NCBI RefSeq assembly: GCF_002933345.1
Contig: NZ_PDKR01000001.1
Span: forward strand, 149,986 to 181,985
DNA length: 32,000 nt
From: Candidatus Pantoea edessiphila
Lineage (GTDB): Bacteria > Pseudomonadota > Gammaproteobacteria > Enterobacterales > Enterobacteriaceae
Direction: 5' to 3'
In this document: one piece after another, positions 31,885 through 32,000 of the stretch
Layout: every line of letters starts with the position of its first letter
Position numbering within the stretch: position 1 is the stretch's first letter
Translations under genes and position numbers: made by a program
Notes under the pieces: generated by a model
Databases searched by the model: none
What the model saw: only the letters and a program-made list of their open reading frames with translations
What the model was told of the DNA's origin: nothing

Positions 31885-32000
31885 TATTTTACCCTACTAC
31901 TAGAGAAATTAAAACAAAATTAATTTCATTATTTATCTTAATTATTAATAATTGATTATACTATAAATAGTGAAATTTTTAGTTAATTATTTATATAATA

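Overview
This is a very AT-rich chromosomal segment. By error-prone hand tallies, coding samples are about 24-34 % G+C and spacers about 10-17 %. It comes from a reduced-genome gammaproteobacterium of the Enterobacterales and looks like an obligate insect endosymbiont (Wigglesworthia/Blochmannia/Buchnera-like). I cannot name the species from sequence alone. All protein identifications rest on hand alignment of the supplied translations to E. coli K-12 proteins as I remember them; no database search was possible.

The content is housekeeping: the 3' end of ppsA, the complete sufABCDSE Fe-S assembly operon, tRNA-Val(GAC), ribE, grxD, rnt, pdxH, tyrS, nth, manA, fumC, pntAB, fabI, rnb, pyrF, pgpB, ribA, cysB, topA and sohB. 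Gene order follows two E. coli blocks (ppsA..pntAB and fabI..sohB) fused together. The genes that lie between them in E. coli are collapsed into AT-rich spacers of 0.07-1.1 kb.

I see no transposase, integrase, phage, CRISPR, toxin-antitoxin or defence-like gene, and I do not find a novel multi-gene system in this window. The items worth a second look all concern genome erosion:
- An orphan but intact C-terminal half of RnfB/RsxB sits directly upstream of nth.
- A multiply disrupted acnA pseudogene lies between ribA and cysB.
- CysB is unusually well conserved.
- sohB contains an in-frame A16 homopolymer.
- The tRNA-Val has a pyrimidine at position 37 and no encoded CCA.
- The pntAB segment is inverted at the fusion point of the two synteny blocks.
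- lapAB is missing between pgpB and pyrF.
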